Positions 1 through 10,479 of a DNA stretch of 64,000 bases are shown in pieces. This stretch comes from Ostreococcus lucimarinus (lineage: Eukaryota): NCBI GenBank assembly GCA_000092065.1, contig CP000581.1; one strand, given 5' to 3'. Position numbers and translations under genes: made by a program. Every line of letters begins with the position of its first letter. Within the stretch, counting starts at the first letter, position 1. The notes below the pieces were generated by a model that saw only the letters and a list, made by a program, of their open reading frames with translations, was not told where the DNA came from and searched no databases.

Positions 1-21
1 TGGATCATTACGGAGAAGGCT

Positions 22-1191
22 ATGCAAGACGCCGGTGTGAGTGACGAAGAGGTTGCAGAGCTGCGAGCTAACGCTGTCGTTCCAGCAAAGAGTACGGTGA
101 AAAAACGCAAAATCGAGCAAGGCGATGGCGCCGCTGCGGCTCCACGAACTTTGGAGACATTCTTCGGCAAAACAGAGCAGGAAAAACTTCCCACCGCGAC
201 GGACGCGCCAATCTGGAATCTCGCGATTGCGAGTATGTCGAGGTCGAAAGACTCCAAAGGGATGTTCCGGGATGATTACAAGCACATTTTTGACGAGTCG
301 AACTTGAAAGCGTGCGTTGAACAGGGGGTTGTTCCCGATTCGTTTGTTTCATGTCTGATCAGAAGCGTCGGCGCCAAATCGCAAAAGACGGCATTCCGTA
401 TTGCGTGTGAGAAATTGCTCGTGGTTGTGTTTCGCACGCTCGGGAACGGCCAAAATGGTGTTTCGGAGCGCAAGCTCGTCACACCAGCCCGTGCGAGCGT
501 CGATGCCGCTTGCGGTGGAGATGCGCTCGTGAGCGCGATAACTTCTTGCATAGAAAGTGGACAGGAGTCGTTGAAACTCGCGGCATTGGAGATAATGGAT
601 GCGCTTTTGTGTGACCCTACGGCGGGAATGAAATTCGTGACCAATCGCATGTTCTCCAAACAAGTGATGCAGCTCATGATTGATGCGCTGGGCAGACGCA
701 ACGAAGAGTTTTCCGTTCTCGCCATGCGCATTCTCTGCCGCGCCCTCGGCAGTCAAACTGCGATTGAGACGTGCTCTGCCTTACGCCCGGAGGAGTTCCT
801 GACGTTATCGCGAGAACTTGCAAAGGGCATACGTTACCAGTCGCCGGACATTCGCGACAATGTCCGCCACGTCTCGTCCGGTTTGAACTTTCTCGAGAAA
901 TGTTTCTCGATGGAAGCCTGGACGAGCGCGGTCGACCGCAACGCTTGCCGCAAAACTCTCGTCACCGTGTTGGGTGCGTGCATCGTACATCGCGAAGACG
1001 CCCTCGATTGGACGAACGAAGTCACGACTGTTTTGCTTAATATTTTGATCGGAACGATGGAGGTGCTTGAAATTACGTCCGAGGACAAGATACAAATGCG
1101 GAACGCTCTCAACGCGCTGTGGACGTCGAACGATGGGCAAGTCAAGCAACTCGTCGAGAAGGTCCAAAACGCACTAGAAAATGTCTGTTGA
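22..1191 (+). CDS. Hypothetical helical (ARM/HEAT-like) protein, possibly 5'-truncated at the window edge. The N-terminus has a KRK basic patch and a PIP-box-like RTLETFF motif.
   Basis: Long ORF with coherent GC3-rich codon usage and no recognisable catalytic motif. Ends at a stop in an AT-rich stretch just before a convergent gene. Confidence 0.4.
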   Translation: MQDAGVSDEEVAELRANAVVPAKSTVKKRKIEQGDGAAAAPRTLETFFGKTEQEKLPTATDAPIWNLAIASMSRSKDSKGMFRDDYKHIFDESNLKACVEQGVVPDSFVSCLIRSVGAKSQKTAFRIACEKLLVVVFRTLGNGQNGVSERKLVTPARASVDAACGGDALVSAITSCIESGQESLKLAALEIMDALLCDPTAGMKFVTNRMFSKQVMQLMIDALGRRNEEFSVLAMRILCRALGSQTAIETCSALRPEEFLTLSRELAKGIRYQSPDIRDNVRHVSSGLNFLEKCFSMEAWTSAVDRNACRKTLVTVLGACIVHREDALDWTNEVTTVLLNILIGTMEVLEITSEDKIQMRNALNALWTSNDGQVKQLVEKVQNALENVC

Positions 1192-1248
1192 AACAAATGA
1201 TACACTTTGATCGATTGAAATGAAATACACTATAGTTCAGCTATTCCG

Positions 1249-2813
1249 TCAACGCCTCGTCGGCGCGGTGTTTTGACGAAGGATGTTGTTTCGACTCTTG
1301 ATCGCTTTGCTACCGCTGCCCTCGTTCGCTATCGCTCCCACTTGCATGTACGGATATTCTCCGGCATGTCCGAGCAGACGCGGCGGAAATTCTAATGTTC
1401 CGAGCGCGAGGGTCGTTACCGATTTAAGTTTTTCACTCGATACCGGCGTGAGGATGTAAACGTAGCGGTTGTCAACATCGATTCCTCTCACGACGCCGAC
1501 GCCGACGCATTCAGCGCAATAGCGTCCAGGTGCGGCGGATTTCAACAGTCCGACGACCGCACCGTTGAGCGCCATCAGCGCCTCGCGCGCATCCAAATCG
1601 CTTTGCAATACGTGCAAAGTGATGTCGTCAAACGACACGCGCCACGGTGTCGCCGTCGTCAAGTCGAAAGCCGTCGCCGCGAACGCTTCGTTTTCGCCCA
1701 AATCGTCCAGTTCGAGAGCGCCTTCGTGAGGTCGCTCGTTGCACATCGCCACTGTTTGTCGAGACCAAGCGAGCCAGGACAACGCGCGCGAATCGCTGGG
1801 TGACCTTTTCGTGTCTTTCGACTTCGTCCCGCCCGGAGACGCATCGTTCGCGATGTTTTCGTACGTTTCTACGCTCGTCTCCTCTGTCTCCGCGTCGGCG
1901 CCCTTTGGCGCCGTCCCGAAACCGGCGGCGACTTCGTACGTCGTCACTCGCGGGTTCGAAGTCTCCGGAACGTTTGCGTCGTGAAACCAGTACACATCGT
2001 CGGGCACGTTCCTACTCGCGACGTGCGAATTTATGTTAATCACGTAACACGATTCCGTGCTTCGACCGACGGCGCGCAGAATTTCCTCCGCGAGCTCCAA
2101 TCCGAGTCCCTTCACCCAACCGCTCGCGTTCACCACGAGCGCCGGTTTGTCTTCACCCAGCGCCGCCCACGCGTCGACGCACGCGAGTGCCCCTTCGACG
2201 TACGCGTCTGGATCGCCCTGCGGGCTCACGTCGCCGACGAAGCTCGCGTACAGCGGCGCGCTCGGAGCGCCCTCGAATTCCGCGCCGCTCGCCTGATGCG
2301 TCTGCGGCGGCCCGAGCAACGGCGCGCGTAAAATCGTCAGCGACACCATCCCGGGCGCCGTCAACTCGGGCTGTCCACAATCCAAATCCAACCACCCACA
2401 CACCCCTCGTTCGCGCAAAATCACGTTCGCCGCGTGCCGAGCGAGCGTGCTCTTCCCCACGCCCTTCGGCCCGACGAACGCCGCCGCGAACGCCTCCCTC
2501 GTCCTCGTCGCCGCCTCCCGCACGCGCGTCAGCGCGCGCTCCCAATCTCTCGACACCATCGTCGGCGTCCATCCCAACGCCCGCGCTTCCCTCGCCCCGC
2601 ACACCGCGTACGCCCCGCCGCCGCGCACCGCTCGGAACTCCAACGTCGCCCCGCCGCCGCCGCTCGCCGCGCACGTCGTCGCGCTCGCCATCCCCGCCGC
2701 GCTCCGCACCACCACCTCCTCCGCCGTCGCCCGCGACGCCGCGAGCGCGTACCCGCCGACCGTCACCGCGCCATCGACGCACCGCGCGACGCACGCGCCG
2801 TCCACGCACGCGA

Positions 2814-2848
<35 letters not shown>

Positions 2849-2982
2849 CGCGAAAGCGCGATCGTTCGACGCTCGACGCCGTACGGCGCGCGAACGGCGC
2901 GCGTCGCGCGCGCGTCGTCGCCGTCGCGCGCGCCGTCGTTTTCAGCGCGCGCGCGCGACGCGCGGCGCTTCCTCGGCGGCAT
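1249..2982 (-). CDS. Clp1/Grc3/NOL9-family polynucleotide 5'-hydroxyl kinase
   Basis: P-loop 'FVGPKGVGKST' embedded in a Clp1/Grc3-like central domain. Protein is about 577 aa. Confidence 0.55.
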
Positions 2983-3020
2983 CGAGTGCGGCGACTCGAC
3001 GCGCGCGACTCGACGACGCG

Positions 3021-4001
3021 ATGCCGCGCGCGACCGCGACCGCGACGGCGCGCGCGACGGCGCGCGCGACGGGACGCGCGCGGACGCGGACGCGGACGCG
3101 GACGCGCGCGCGCGACGCGCGACGCGCGCGCGACGGCGACGCGCGACGCGGGACGGACGCGGCGGCGGCGACGCGACGCGACGCGAACGCGCGACGCGTG
3201 ACGAGCGCGCGCGCGACGGGACGCGACGCGAACGCGCGACGGACGTGCGAGGTGCACGACCTGTCGACGGCGCTGACGCCGTACGACGAGGCGTGGGCGT
3301 GGCAGCGAGGATTTCTCGAGCGCGCGCTCGAGCGCGGCGACGACGCGAACGACGCAGCGATACTGCTGCAACACCCGCCGACGGTGACGCTGGGCGCGGG
3401 ATCGACGGTGGATAACTTGAAATTTAACGTCGATCGACCGCCGACGGGGTTCGAGGTGCGACGGTGCGAGCGGGGGGGGGAGGCGACGTATCACGGGCCG
3501 GGGCAGTTGGTGCTGTATCCGATTCTAAACTTGGCGCGCGCGCCGCACGAGGCTGATTTGCACTGGTACATGCGCGCGCTGGAATCCGTGGCGCTGGAGG
3601 CGATGATTGAGTTAGGGTTGGACGCGGCCAAGTGCGGACGCGTGGATGGGTTGACGGGGGCGTGGTGCGACGGGCACAAGGTGGCGGCGGTGGGCGTGCG
3701 CGCGCGACGATGGGTGTCCTACCACGGCGTCGCCCTGAACGTCTGTCCCGACCTCTCGCACTTCGCCAACATCATCCCGTGCGGCATAGGCGATAAACCG
3801 GTCGGTAGCGTCTCCCAGCTCTTGCGAGGGGACGTCGGTCTGGTGAGTTCGGCGTCCGAAGCCACGCCGCTCGTCCCTCGCGAGAGCGCCGACGCCGACG
3901 ACGTCGCGTTGATGCTCGACGCTCGCGACGCCTTCCTGAGCGCGTTCGCGCGCGTGTTCGATTTAGATTTAGAAATCACTCCGACCAAGCCATCGTTTTA
4001 G
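3021..4001 (+). CDS. LIPB: Octanoyltransferase LipB (lipoyl(octanoyl) transferase) with an Ala/Arg/Thr-rich organellar presequence
   Basis: C-terminal 200 aa match the LipB catalytic domain ('LQHPPTVTLG', 'YHGPGQLVLYPIL', 'KVAAVGVR...YHGVALNV'). Start is placed at the first in-frame ATG (3021) that does not overlap the convergent Clp1-like gene; the track ORF extends back to 2187. Confidence 0.7.
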   Translation: MPRATATATARATARATGRARTRTRTRTRARDARRARDGDARRGTDAAAATRRDANARRVTSARATGRDANARRTCEVHDLSTALTPYDEAWAWQRGFLERALERGDDANDAAILLQHPPTVTLGAGSTVDNLKFNVDRPPTGFEVRRCERGGEATYHGPGQLVLYPILNLARAPHEADLHWYMRALESVALEAMIELGLDAAKCGRVDGLTGAWCDGHKVAAVGVRARRWVSYHGVALNVCPDLSHFANIIPCGIGDKPVGSVSQLLRGDVGLVSSASEATPLVPRESADADDVALMLDARDAFLSAFARVFDLDLEITPTKPSF

Positions 4002-4117
4002 GCCGGTGTTTTAGTTCTTAGCCACGCGGTGTCGCCGCGAGACCGCGACGCCGTCGCGAGACCGCCGTCGCACCCGCCGTCGAAAAAGTCAAACCTCCCC
4101 ACTTCGCGCTCGCGCGC

Positions 4118-5230
4118 ATGCGTCGCGCGTTACTCTCCCACGCGCGCGTTCCAGCACTCTCGCGCGACTGTACGGCGTCGCACGCGCGTCCGTTCGCGCG
4201 TCGCGCGACCGCGCGCGCCGTCATGTCTGAGGTGATTCAGGGTGCCCACGCGATATCGGTTCCCGCGCCCATGGCGACGCGCGATCCGTTTCTGTTCTGC
4301 GTCTACCACAAAGACCTCTTCCCGGCCGGCGACGCGAAAATGCAAGCGCCGAGGCGCGGGAACGGCGCTGACTTTGACGCCAAACAGCCGTACAGAATGT
4401 ACCACGGCGACAACATTCCCGGCTTCCCGCAGCACCCGCATCGAGGATTCGAGACGATAACGGCGGTGATGAAAGGAACGATCGATCACAGCGACTCGCA
4501 CGGGAACGCCGGGCGGTACGGGGATGGGGATTTGCAATACATGACGGCGGGCGCGGGTATCGTTCACGGCGAGATGTTCCCGTTGAAACACGACGACAAG
4601 CCGAACACGTTGCAGTTGTTTCAGATTTGGTTGAACCTGCCGAGTGCGGATAAGATGGTTGAGCCCGCTTTTGTGATGCACTGGAGCGAGGACATACCGG
4701 TGCGAAAGCGAGACGGCGTGGAAATCACGGTTTGGACCGGAGAGTACGACGGCGTCAAGGCGCTCGCGCCCACGCCCAATTCGTGGGCCGCAAAGCCGGA
4801 GAACGACGTAGGAGTATATTTGTTGAAGATGGAACCAGGCGCGGCGTTTACCCTCGCCCGTGCGCGCGGTGGCAAGTCGACGAATCGTTCGTTATACTTT
4901 TGCGAAGGGAGCGCGATTGAAGTTTGCGGTCAAACGCTCGATCGTAAAGCCGTGCTGGACGTGGATGCGTCGCGTGAAGTTCAGGTAAAGAATATTGGTG
5001 AAGACGAAGTTATCATTCTCGTCTTGCAAGGAAAGCCTATCGGCGAGCCTGTGGCGCAGCACGGGCCTTTCGTAATGACGTCTGAAGCTGAAATTCGCCA
5101 AGCCTTTTCAGACTATAGACAAACCCAATTCGGTGGCTGGCCTTGGCCCGAAGACGCCGTAGTGTTTCCCCGGGAGAAAGGAAGATTCGCTCTGACCGGG
5201 GGCGTAGAATCCGCTCCACCTGCACGCTGA
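4118..5230 (+). CDS. Pirin-family cupin protein
   Basis: 'HPHRGFETIT' and 'DLQYMTAGAGIVHGEMF' pirin N-domain motifs. A bicupin-length protein. TGTAA sits just downstream of the stop. Confidence 0.65.
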   Translation: MRRALLSHARVPALSRDCTASHARPFARRATARAVMSEVIQGAHAISVPAPMATRDPFLFCVYHKDLFPAGDAKMQAPRRGNGADFDAKQPYRMYHGDNIPGFPQHPHRGFETITAVMKGTIDHSDSHGNAGRYGDGDLQYMTAGAGIVHGEMFPLKHDDKPNTLQLFQIWLNLPSADKMVEPAFVMHWSEDIPVRKRDGVEITVWTGEYDGVKALAPTPNSWAAKPENDVGVYLLKMEPGAAFTLARARGGKSTNRSLYFCEGSAIEVCGQTLDRKAVLDVDASREVQVKNIGEDEVIILVLQGKPIGEPVAQHGPFVMTSEAEIRQAFSDYRQTQFGGWPWPEDAVVFPREKGRFALTGGVESAPPAR

Positions 5231-5300
5231 GACTGTAAATGATGTTAGTTTTTTTTTCAAGTTTGAGGAAATTTCTCGAACATCCGAGGGTGGTCAGAAA

Positions 5301-6281
5301 ATGACCCCCACCGCCGTTTACCCTCGAAGCAACTTCGTGCGGAGAGGCTATCGCGTGTTCATCCTTCTTCCGCTGCGACTGTGCGCGTTCGTGACGACGC
5401 TCGGTTTGCTTTGGGTGGAAAGCGTGGCGCACATTTTGCTGTGTTTTCTTCTCAACGTTCGCTTGGGCCCCCGAGCGACTCAGCACGCCGCCGAGGAGGC
5501 CGGTACCAACTCTCGCGTCGCATTCGTGAATGATTGGCTCAAGCTACGACTTAATGCGGAGTATCCCACATGGTTCATGAAGTTTCACGACACACATCTT
5601 CGTGTCGCGCATTTTGCGGCAAAGGTGGCATTGTTCTGCTTGGGATACTCGAAACTGGACGTCCAAGGCGAGCGTGATCCGCAAGCTGATGTACTCGTGT
5701 GCAATCACCGTGGAATCATCGACGCGCTGGTGTTGTCCTTCGCGCTTAATCAAGTGCCAATCTTCGTCGGTGGAGCGTCCATTGTCGAGCTGCCGTTCCT
5801 GCGAGAACTTGGGATCTCCTTGGACTTGTATTTCGTCGACGAATCCATGCGAAAGTTTGCGGTGTACGAATTACGCGACCTCCTCAGCCCTAAATCTTCC
5901 ACTCGTCGTCGGCCGCTCGTCGTATTCCCCGAAGGTTCGGCTGATTATGGCACGAGTCTTCGAACATGGATTCATCCGGGATGCTTTCAGATCGTGTCCG
6001 CTGAGCGTATGCAGGGTGTCGCACTCACGTTCCAGGGACTCGGAGAATTTTCACCTACGTGGCCGTTGTCGTCGAGACTGCACACCTTATTCGGCATACT
6101 GTTCTTTTTGGCACAGATTCCGTCGAATCGATCACGCGTGGAGTTTATCAAACCAAAAGTAGCAGAAAATGCGACTAGGGAGGAGATGATGGAAGACTTC
6201 AGGCGAGCGATCGCGAGCGCTCTCGATGTCCCCGTGGCGAACGAGCGCGGCGGCTACGATATGCCACATCGCGAGCGATGA
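5301..6281 (+). CDS. Lysophospholipid / 1-acylglycerol-3-phosphate acyltransferase (PlsC/LPLAT family)
   Basis: Acyltransferase motif I 'CNHRGIIDAL' (HX4D) and motif III 'VFPEGSADYG'. N-terminal hydrophobic membrane segment. Confidence 0.55.
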   Translation: MTPTAVYPRSNFVRRGYRVFILLPLRLCAFVTTLGLLWVESVAHILLCFLLNVRLGPRATQHAAEEAGTNSRVAFVNDWLKLRLNAEYPTWFMKFHDTHLRVAHFAAKVALFCLGYSKLDVQGERDPQADVLVCNHRGIIDALVLSFALNQVPIFVGGASIVELPFLRELGISLDLYFVDESMRKFAVYELRDLLSPKSSTRRRPLVVFPEGSADYGTSLRTWIHPGCFQIVSAERMQGVALTFQGLGEFSPTWPLSSRLHTLFGILFFLAQIPSNRSRVEFIKPKVAENATREEMMEDFRRAIASALDVPVANERGGYDMPHRER

Positions 6282-6314
6282 ACGTGCAAACAATTGTTGC
6301 TACAAACATGTGTG

Positions 6315-8345
6315 CTACCACACGTCCTGATGGTATCTAAACTCTGCCTTCAGGCGACGTAAAATCTCCTCCGCTTCGTGCGCCGCGTAGTCGCCCTCGC
6401 GCATCAACACACTCAGGAGCGCCTTGTTCACATCCTTTGCCATGTTCTTCGCGTCACCGCAAATGAACACCGCGCCCTCGTTTTTGCCCACGGTACCTTT
6501 GACGATTGGGTACACCGTCGACGCCTTTTCGATAATCTTGTCCTGCACGTACACCTTCTTCGGCCCGTCGCGGCTAAACGCCACGTCCAGGTCGGTAATC
6601 ACGCCCTCTCGCAACGCGGTCTGCATCTCTGCTTCGTATATGAAATCGCGATCTTTGTTACGGCATCCAAAGAACAGCATCGCCGGGCCTAACTTGGCAC
6701 CAGAAGCTTGAAGCGCCGTGCGCTCTTGCAAGAAACCTCGGAAAGGGGCGTAGCCGGTGCCTGGTCCAATCATGATAACAGGCGCTTCTGGATTTGTCGG
6801 CAGTCGGAAAGTGCTCGTTCGCACGAAAATCGGAATCTTTTGGCCTTCAGCCGCGCGCTGTAAGAATGTACTCGCGACACCTTCGTGCATGCGACCGGTG
6901 AAGACTTTCTCTTTGACGACGGCGACGGTGGCGGTGACGACGTTTTTGTTAGCCGCCGGACTTGAGCTGATGCTGTAAAATCGAGCCGCTAAACGAGGCG
7001 CAACGGCGCCAAAGAATAATCCAATATCTGGAACAGCGCTGGAGTAGTCCTCCATCACCTCCAAAAGCGATCTGTGGGGCTTCGTTATGTACTTTGCGAA
7101 TTCATCCTTGCCCGCCGGCGAGGCTAAAAAGGCGAGCTTTTCTGCGTCCTTGCCCGAAGCGACGGAGGCGAGCGCAGCGAGCGCTTGCTTTCGAGGGGGC
7201 GTTAAAACGTCCGCGTACCGCGCAATCGCATCTCCGACCGTCATGGGCGTCGCGAACGGCTCGGCGAGCGACGCAGGAGCACCACTCGGCTTCACCAAAC
7301 GGAAGACCTCGTCGACGTCGAGCTTCAGCGCTTTGGCTACGCGCTTCGTGACGTCCTTACCGTTCTCCGCAAACACGCCCAAGTGGTCGCCCGTCTTGTA
7401 CTGCACGCTCGAGCCTGAAATATCAAACTCTACGTGAACGCAACTTCGATCGGCATCTTTACTGAAGAGTTCGCGCACAACTTTGACGGAGGAGAGGTAC
7501 GGCTTTGCCGCCGTCGGCGCGACGCGCGTGTTAGAGTGCTCCTTTTCGTATTTGGCCGCCTGACTCGCCGCTGCGCGCTCGCCGTCGCTACCACGCATAA
7601 TGATGACGTCGTAACGAGGCAACTCCTCGTCGCCGCCGTCGGAATGTAAACCAAACTTGGCCTCGAACGCGGGCCAAAACGCCTCGATCCAATTTTCAAA
7701 GTCTTGCTCCAAGCACTGGTCGTCGTCTCCCAAGTGAAGCTTCAGCAGCGGTTGAGCGCCTAAATCCACCAAAGCCTTGTGAACCATCTTCGCCGCCGCG
7801 TTGAACTGTTCGTAGCAACGATTACCGAGCCCGAACACGCTGAACGTTACGTTTTCCAACAAATCCGGCATCCGCCCGTCGCTCGCGCAGTCCCGCGCCC
7901 AATACACGAAATCCGAGCTCGTATCCGTCGGTTCCCCGTCCCCGTACGTCGATTGCAGAAACACACAGCACCCGGTCTCCGCCACGAGCGCGTCCTCGGC
8001 GTGCATGGAATCCACGGTTTCGAGATCCACCGCGCGCGCCGCCACGGCGGCGCCGTACCGCGCGCGCGCGTGCGCCACCACCTCCCGCGCGTACCGCTCG
8101 CTCGTCCCCGTCTGCGTGCCGTAAAACACGCTCAGACGCACTTTCCCCGCGTCGTCGAACGTCTCTTTCGCCGTCGCCGGCGCCCGCCCGCGACCGAGCG
8201 CGCCGAACCACGACGCCGTCGTCATCGTCCCATCTTTCCCCGTCGCGTTCGACGCCGCGCGCACCGCGATCAACCCGACGACCGAGGCGCAGAGCACGGT
8301 CGCGCTCGCGAGCACCAGCGCGTCGCTCGACGCGAGCGCGTCCAT
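6315..8345 (-). CDS. CPR: NADPH-cytochrome P450 reductase
   Basis: N-terminal TM segment, flavodoxin domain 'VFYGTQTGTSE', FAD/NADPH domains 'IMIGPGTGYAPFRGFLQER' and 'FFGCRN', 'VYVQDKI', C-terminal '...YHQDVW'. Confidence 0.8.
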   Translation of the reverse strand: MDALASSDALVLASATVLCASVVGLIAVRAASNATGKDGTMTTASWFGALGRGRAPATAKETFDDAGKVRLSVFYGTQTGTSERYAREVVAHARARYGAAVAARAVDLETVDSMHAEDALVAETGCCVFLQSTYGDGEPTDTSSDFVYWARDCASDGRMPDLLENVTFSVFGLGNRCYEQFNAAAKMVHKALVDLGAQPLLKLHLGDDDQCLEQDFENWIEAFWPAFEAKFGLHSDGGDEELPRYDVIIMRGSDGERAAASQAAKYEKEHSNTRVAPTAAKPYLSSVKVVRELFSKDADRSCVHVEFDISGSSVQYKTGDHLGVFAENGKDVTKRVAKALKLDVDEVFRLVKPSGAPASLAEPFATPMTVGDAIARYADVLTPPRKQALAALASVASGKDAEKLAFLASPAGKDEFAKYITKPHRSLLEVMEDYSSAVPDIGLFFGAVAPRLAARFYSISSSPAANKNVVTATVAVVKEKVFTGRMHEGVASTFLQRAAEGQKIPIFVRTSTFRLPTNPEAPVIMIGPGTGYAPFRGFLQERTALQASGAKLGPAMLFFGCRNKDRDFIYEAEMQTALREGVITDLDVAFSRDGPKKVYVQDKIIEKASTVYPIVKGTVGKNEGAVFICGDAKNMAKDVNKALLSVLMREGDYAAHEAEEILRRLKAEFRYHQDVW

Positions 8346-9031
8346 CGCGCGCGGCGAACTCGCGCGCCGCGCCTTCGCGCGCGCCTATGCGCGCACGCGC
8401 CTCCCCTATGCGCGCACCAGTGACGACGCCATTACGCAAAACTTACGCGCCCGCGATCGTCGATTCGCTCGCCCCGCGCGCGAGATTCGCCCATCATCCT
8501 GAAGATAAACTCACACATAAAACGCTACTCGGACAAACGACATGGCGTCAGGATCGCTTCAATGTGCGGTCACCCGCGCCGTCGCGATCGCGCGGTCGTC
8601 GTTCGAAACGACCGGCGGCCGCCGCCGCGTCGACGCGCGGCACGTCCACGCGCGCGACGACGCGGCAAAGCGACGCGCGATCGAAGCGACGCGGCGACGC
8701 GACGCGACGCGACGCGATCTCGCGCGAGGCGAGATTCGGGCGACGCTCGAGCGCGCGCGACGACGATACGGACGGTAATCGCGTCGCATCGGACGCATCG
8801 CGTCGCGACCTATCCATCCGACCGCGGGGCGCGGGCGCGCGGTGACGCGCGCGGCGTTCGACGGGCGCGACGGCGCGCGGGAAACGCGAGATAAAGGGTG
8901 GTTCGCGATCGCTCGGGGTGAGACGCGCGCTCGGGCGACGGTGAGGCGCGCGCGCGAGGGTCGAGGAGACGGACGCGGGCGACTGGGCGCCGCGACGCCG
9001 GACTCGAGACGCGGGACGCGCGAGAGGGACG

Positions 9032-10327
9032 ATGACGGCGTCGAGAGGCGACAGCGCGATGATGGGCGACGATGAGATGGCGGCGGGAGCGATCGGGGCG
9101 ATGCAAGGGGCGGCGTTCGCGGCGTTTGCGAATCCGGTCGATTTGAGCGCGACCCCGCCGACGCGGGGGTTCGCGGTGGGGAGCGCGCCGGGATTTTATC
9201 CAGGGGTTGGTGGTGCGTTGGCGGGGGCGTCGGGGATCGGACGAGGTGGAAATATGATCGCAGGGACGTCACCGAACTTTTTGGCGGGAACGTCGCCGGG
9301 ATCGCTCGGGTCGTCGCCGTCGTTTTACGGGTCGTCGCCGACGGCGATTCCGCAAGTCGTTCGGCCGAAGGCGCCCATGGACCGCGGGATCGGGTTTCCG
9401 GGATTGTCTTCCTCGCTTCCGGGTAAGCATCACATCGGATCTCCTAATAGTGGATTTAGTGCGTTTAGTCCTCCGATGAACTTGAAGGACTCGCCGCGAG
9501 CGATGGCGCACTTTTCGTCCTCGCCTCCAGTCAAGTCGGGCGGCGTGCACAAGCCGCCGTCGGGCGCGACGAAGGCGAAGAAGATGGAGATCGCCCGAGC
9601 TGCGGTCAACGAGGTGACTGCTGCGGCCGTAGCCGTGTCGTCGATGCCCGGCGCTTCGATGAGCGCGTCGATGCCGCTGAACTCGAGCGGTAAACCGCAA
9701 AAGAGTGTGTACCGAGGGGTTAGACAACGGCCGTGGGGCAAGTACGCAGCCGAAATCAGAGACCCCACGCGCGGGTCAAGGCTTTGGTTGGGTACGTTCG
9801 ATTCTGCCGAAGAAGCGGCTTTGGCGTACGACGCCGCGGCTCGTGCGATCCGCGGCGACGCCGCAGTGACGAACTTTGGCAAAGACGTTCCGATCCCAGC
9901 GTCTGTACGAGCGCAGTTGCCTCCGCTTCCGACGCGTCCGGTGCAAGGCAGAGGCGGGACGCCGCGAGACGACAGCGCGTTGTCCGGGCGCATGTCAAAA
10001 TTGTCGACTTCGAATAAGCCTGCGAAGAACCTTGAAGAAGAGGCCGAGATGTTACTCATGCTTCAAGCCGCGGATAGCGATACGAAGACGAGCACGCCTG
10101 ACAAATCTGATTCGGTGGAGGACCAAGCCACGGGAATGGATCTCGAGGAAGATAACGGGGCGAGTTCGGTGACCGTTGGCTTGACTTTGCGCGCGCAAAA
10201 GTCCAACGCTCCGCCAAGTGCTCCCGCGCCGGCAGCAAGAATTCAGCAGACCGATGCATCTAACGCGATGATTTCGGCGTTGAAGGCTTCGACCGTCAGT
10301 ACGCGTACGCGCCGCGGCGGCGCGTAA
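9032..10327 (+). CDS. AP2/ERF-domain transcription factor
   Basis: Canonical single AP2 domain '[56 protein letters not shown]'. Flanked by low-complexity Gly/Ser/Ala regions. Confidence 0.7.
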   Translation: MTASRGDSAMMGDDEMAAGAIGAMQGAAFAAFANPVDLSATPPTRGFAVGSAPGFYPGVGGALAGASGIGRGGNMIAGTSPNFLAGTSPGSLGSSPSFYGSSPTAIPQVVRPKAPMDRGIGFPGLSSSLPGKHHIGSPNSGFSAFSPPMNLKDSPRAMAHFSSSPPVKSGGVHKPPSGATKAKKMEIARAAVNEVTAAAVAVSSMPGASMSASMPLNSSGKPQKSVYRGVRQRPWGKYAAEIRDPTRGSRLWLGTFDSAEEAALAYDAAARAIRGDAAVTNFGKDVPIPASVRAQLPPLPTRPVQGRGGTPRDDSALSGRMSKLSTSNKPAKNLEEEAEMLLMLQAADSDTKTSTPDKSDSVEDQATGMDLEEDNGASSVTVGLTLRAQKSNAPPSAPAPAARIQQTDASNAMISALKASTVSTRTRRGGA

Positions 10328-10479
10328 AAGCAAGCATTTAAACGTCCGCGCACCAAAGAGGGCGAGCGAGCCGCGATAGAAACACAAAATGTTATAGTAA
10401 AAGCTCTCGGTGCATATTAAAACTCAACGTACGATAGTCAAGCCGACAAGCGCATGGCGCATGTGGTAAATACAGCGCT

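Noticed and set aside
2153-2809. Long Arg/Gly-rich ORFs antisense to or out of frame with the Clp1 and LipB genes. Also 2434..3201, 2447..3415 and 2763..3494.
   Set aside because: Their composition (poly-R/G/A) is what random frames produce at ~70% GC. They overlap genes with real motifs and are therefore artefacts.
8346-9031. Cluster of ORFs (8387..8845, 8559..9272, 8562..8894 and others) in the CPR/AP2 divergent spacer
   Set aside because: All are Arg/Ala/Asp low-complexity translations of (gcgacg)n-type sequence. This is treated as a GC-rich bidirectional promoter with no supportable gene.
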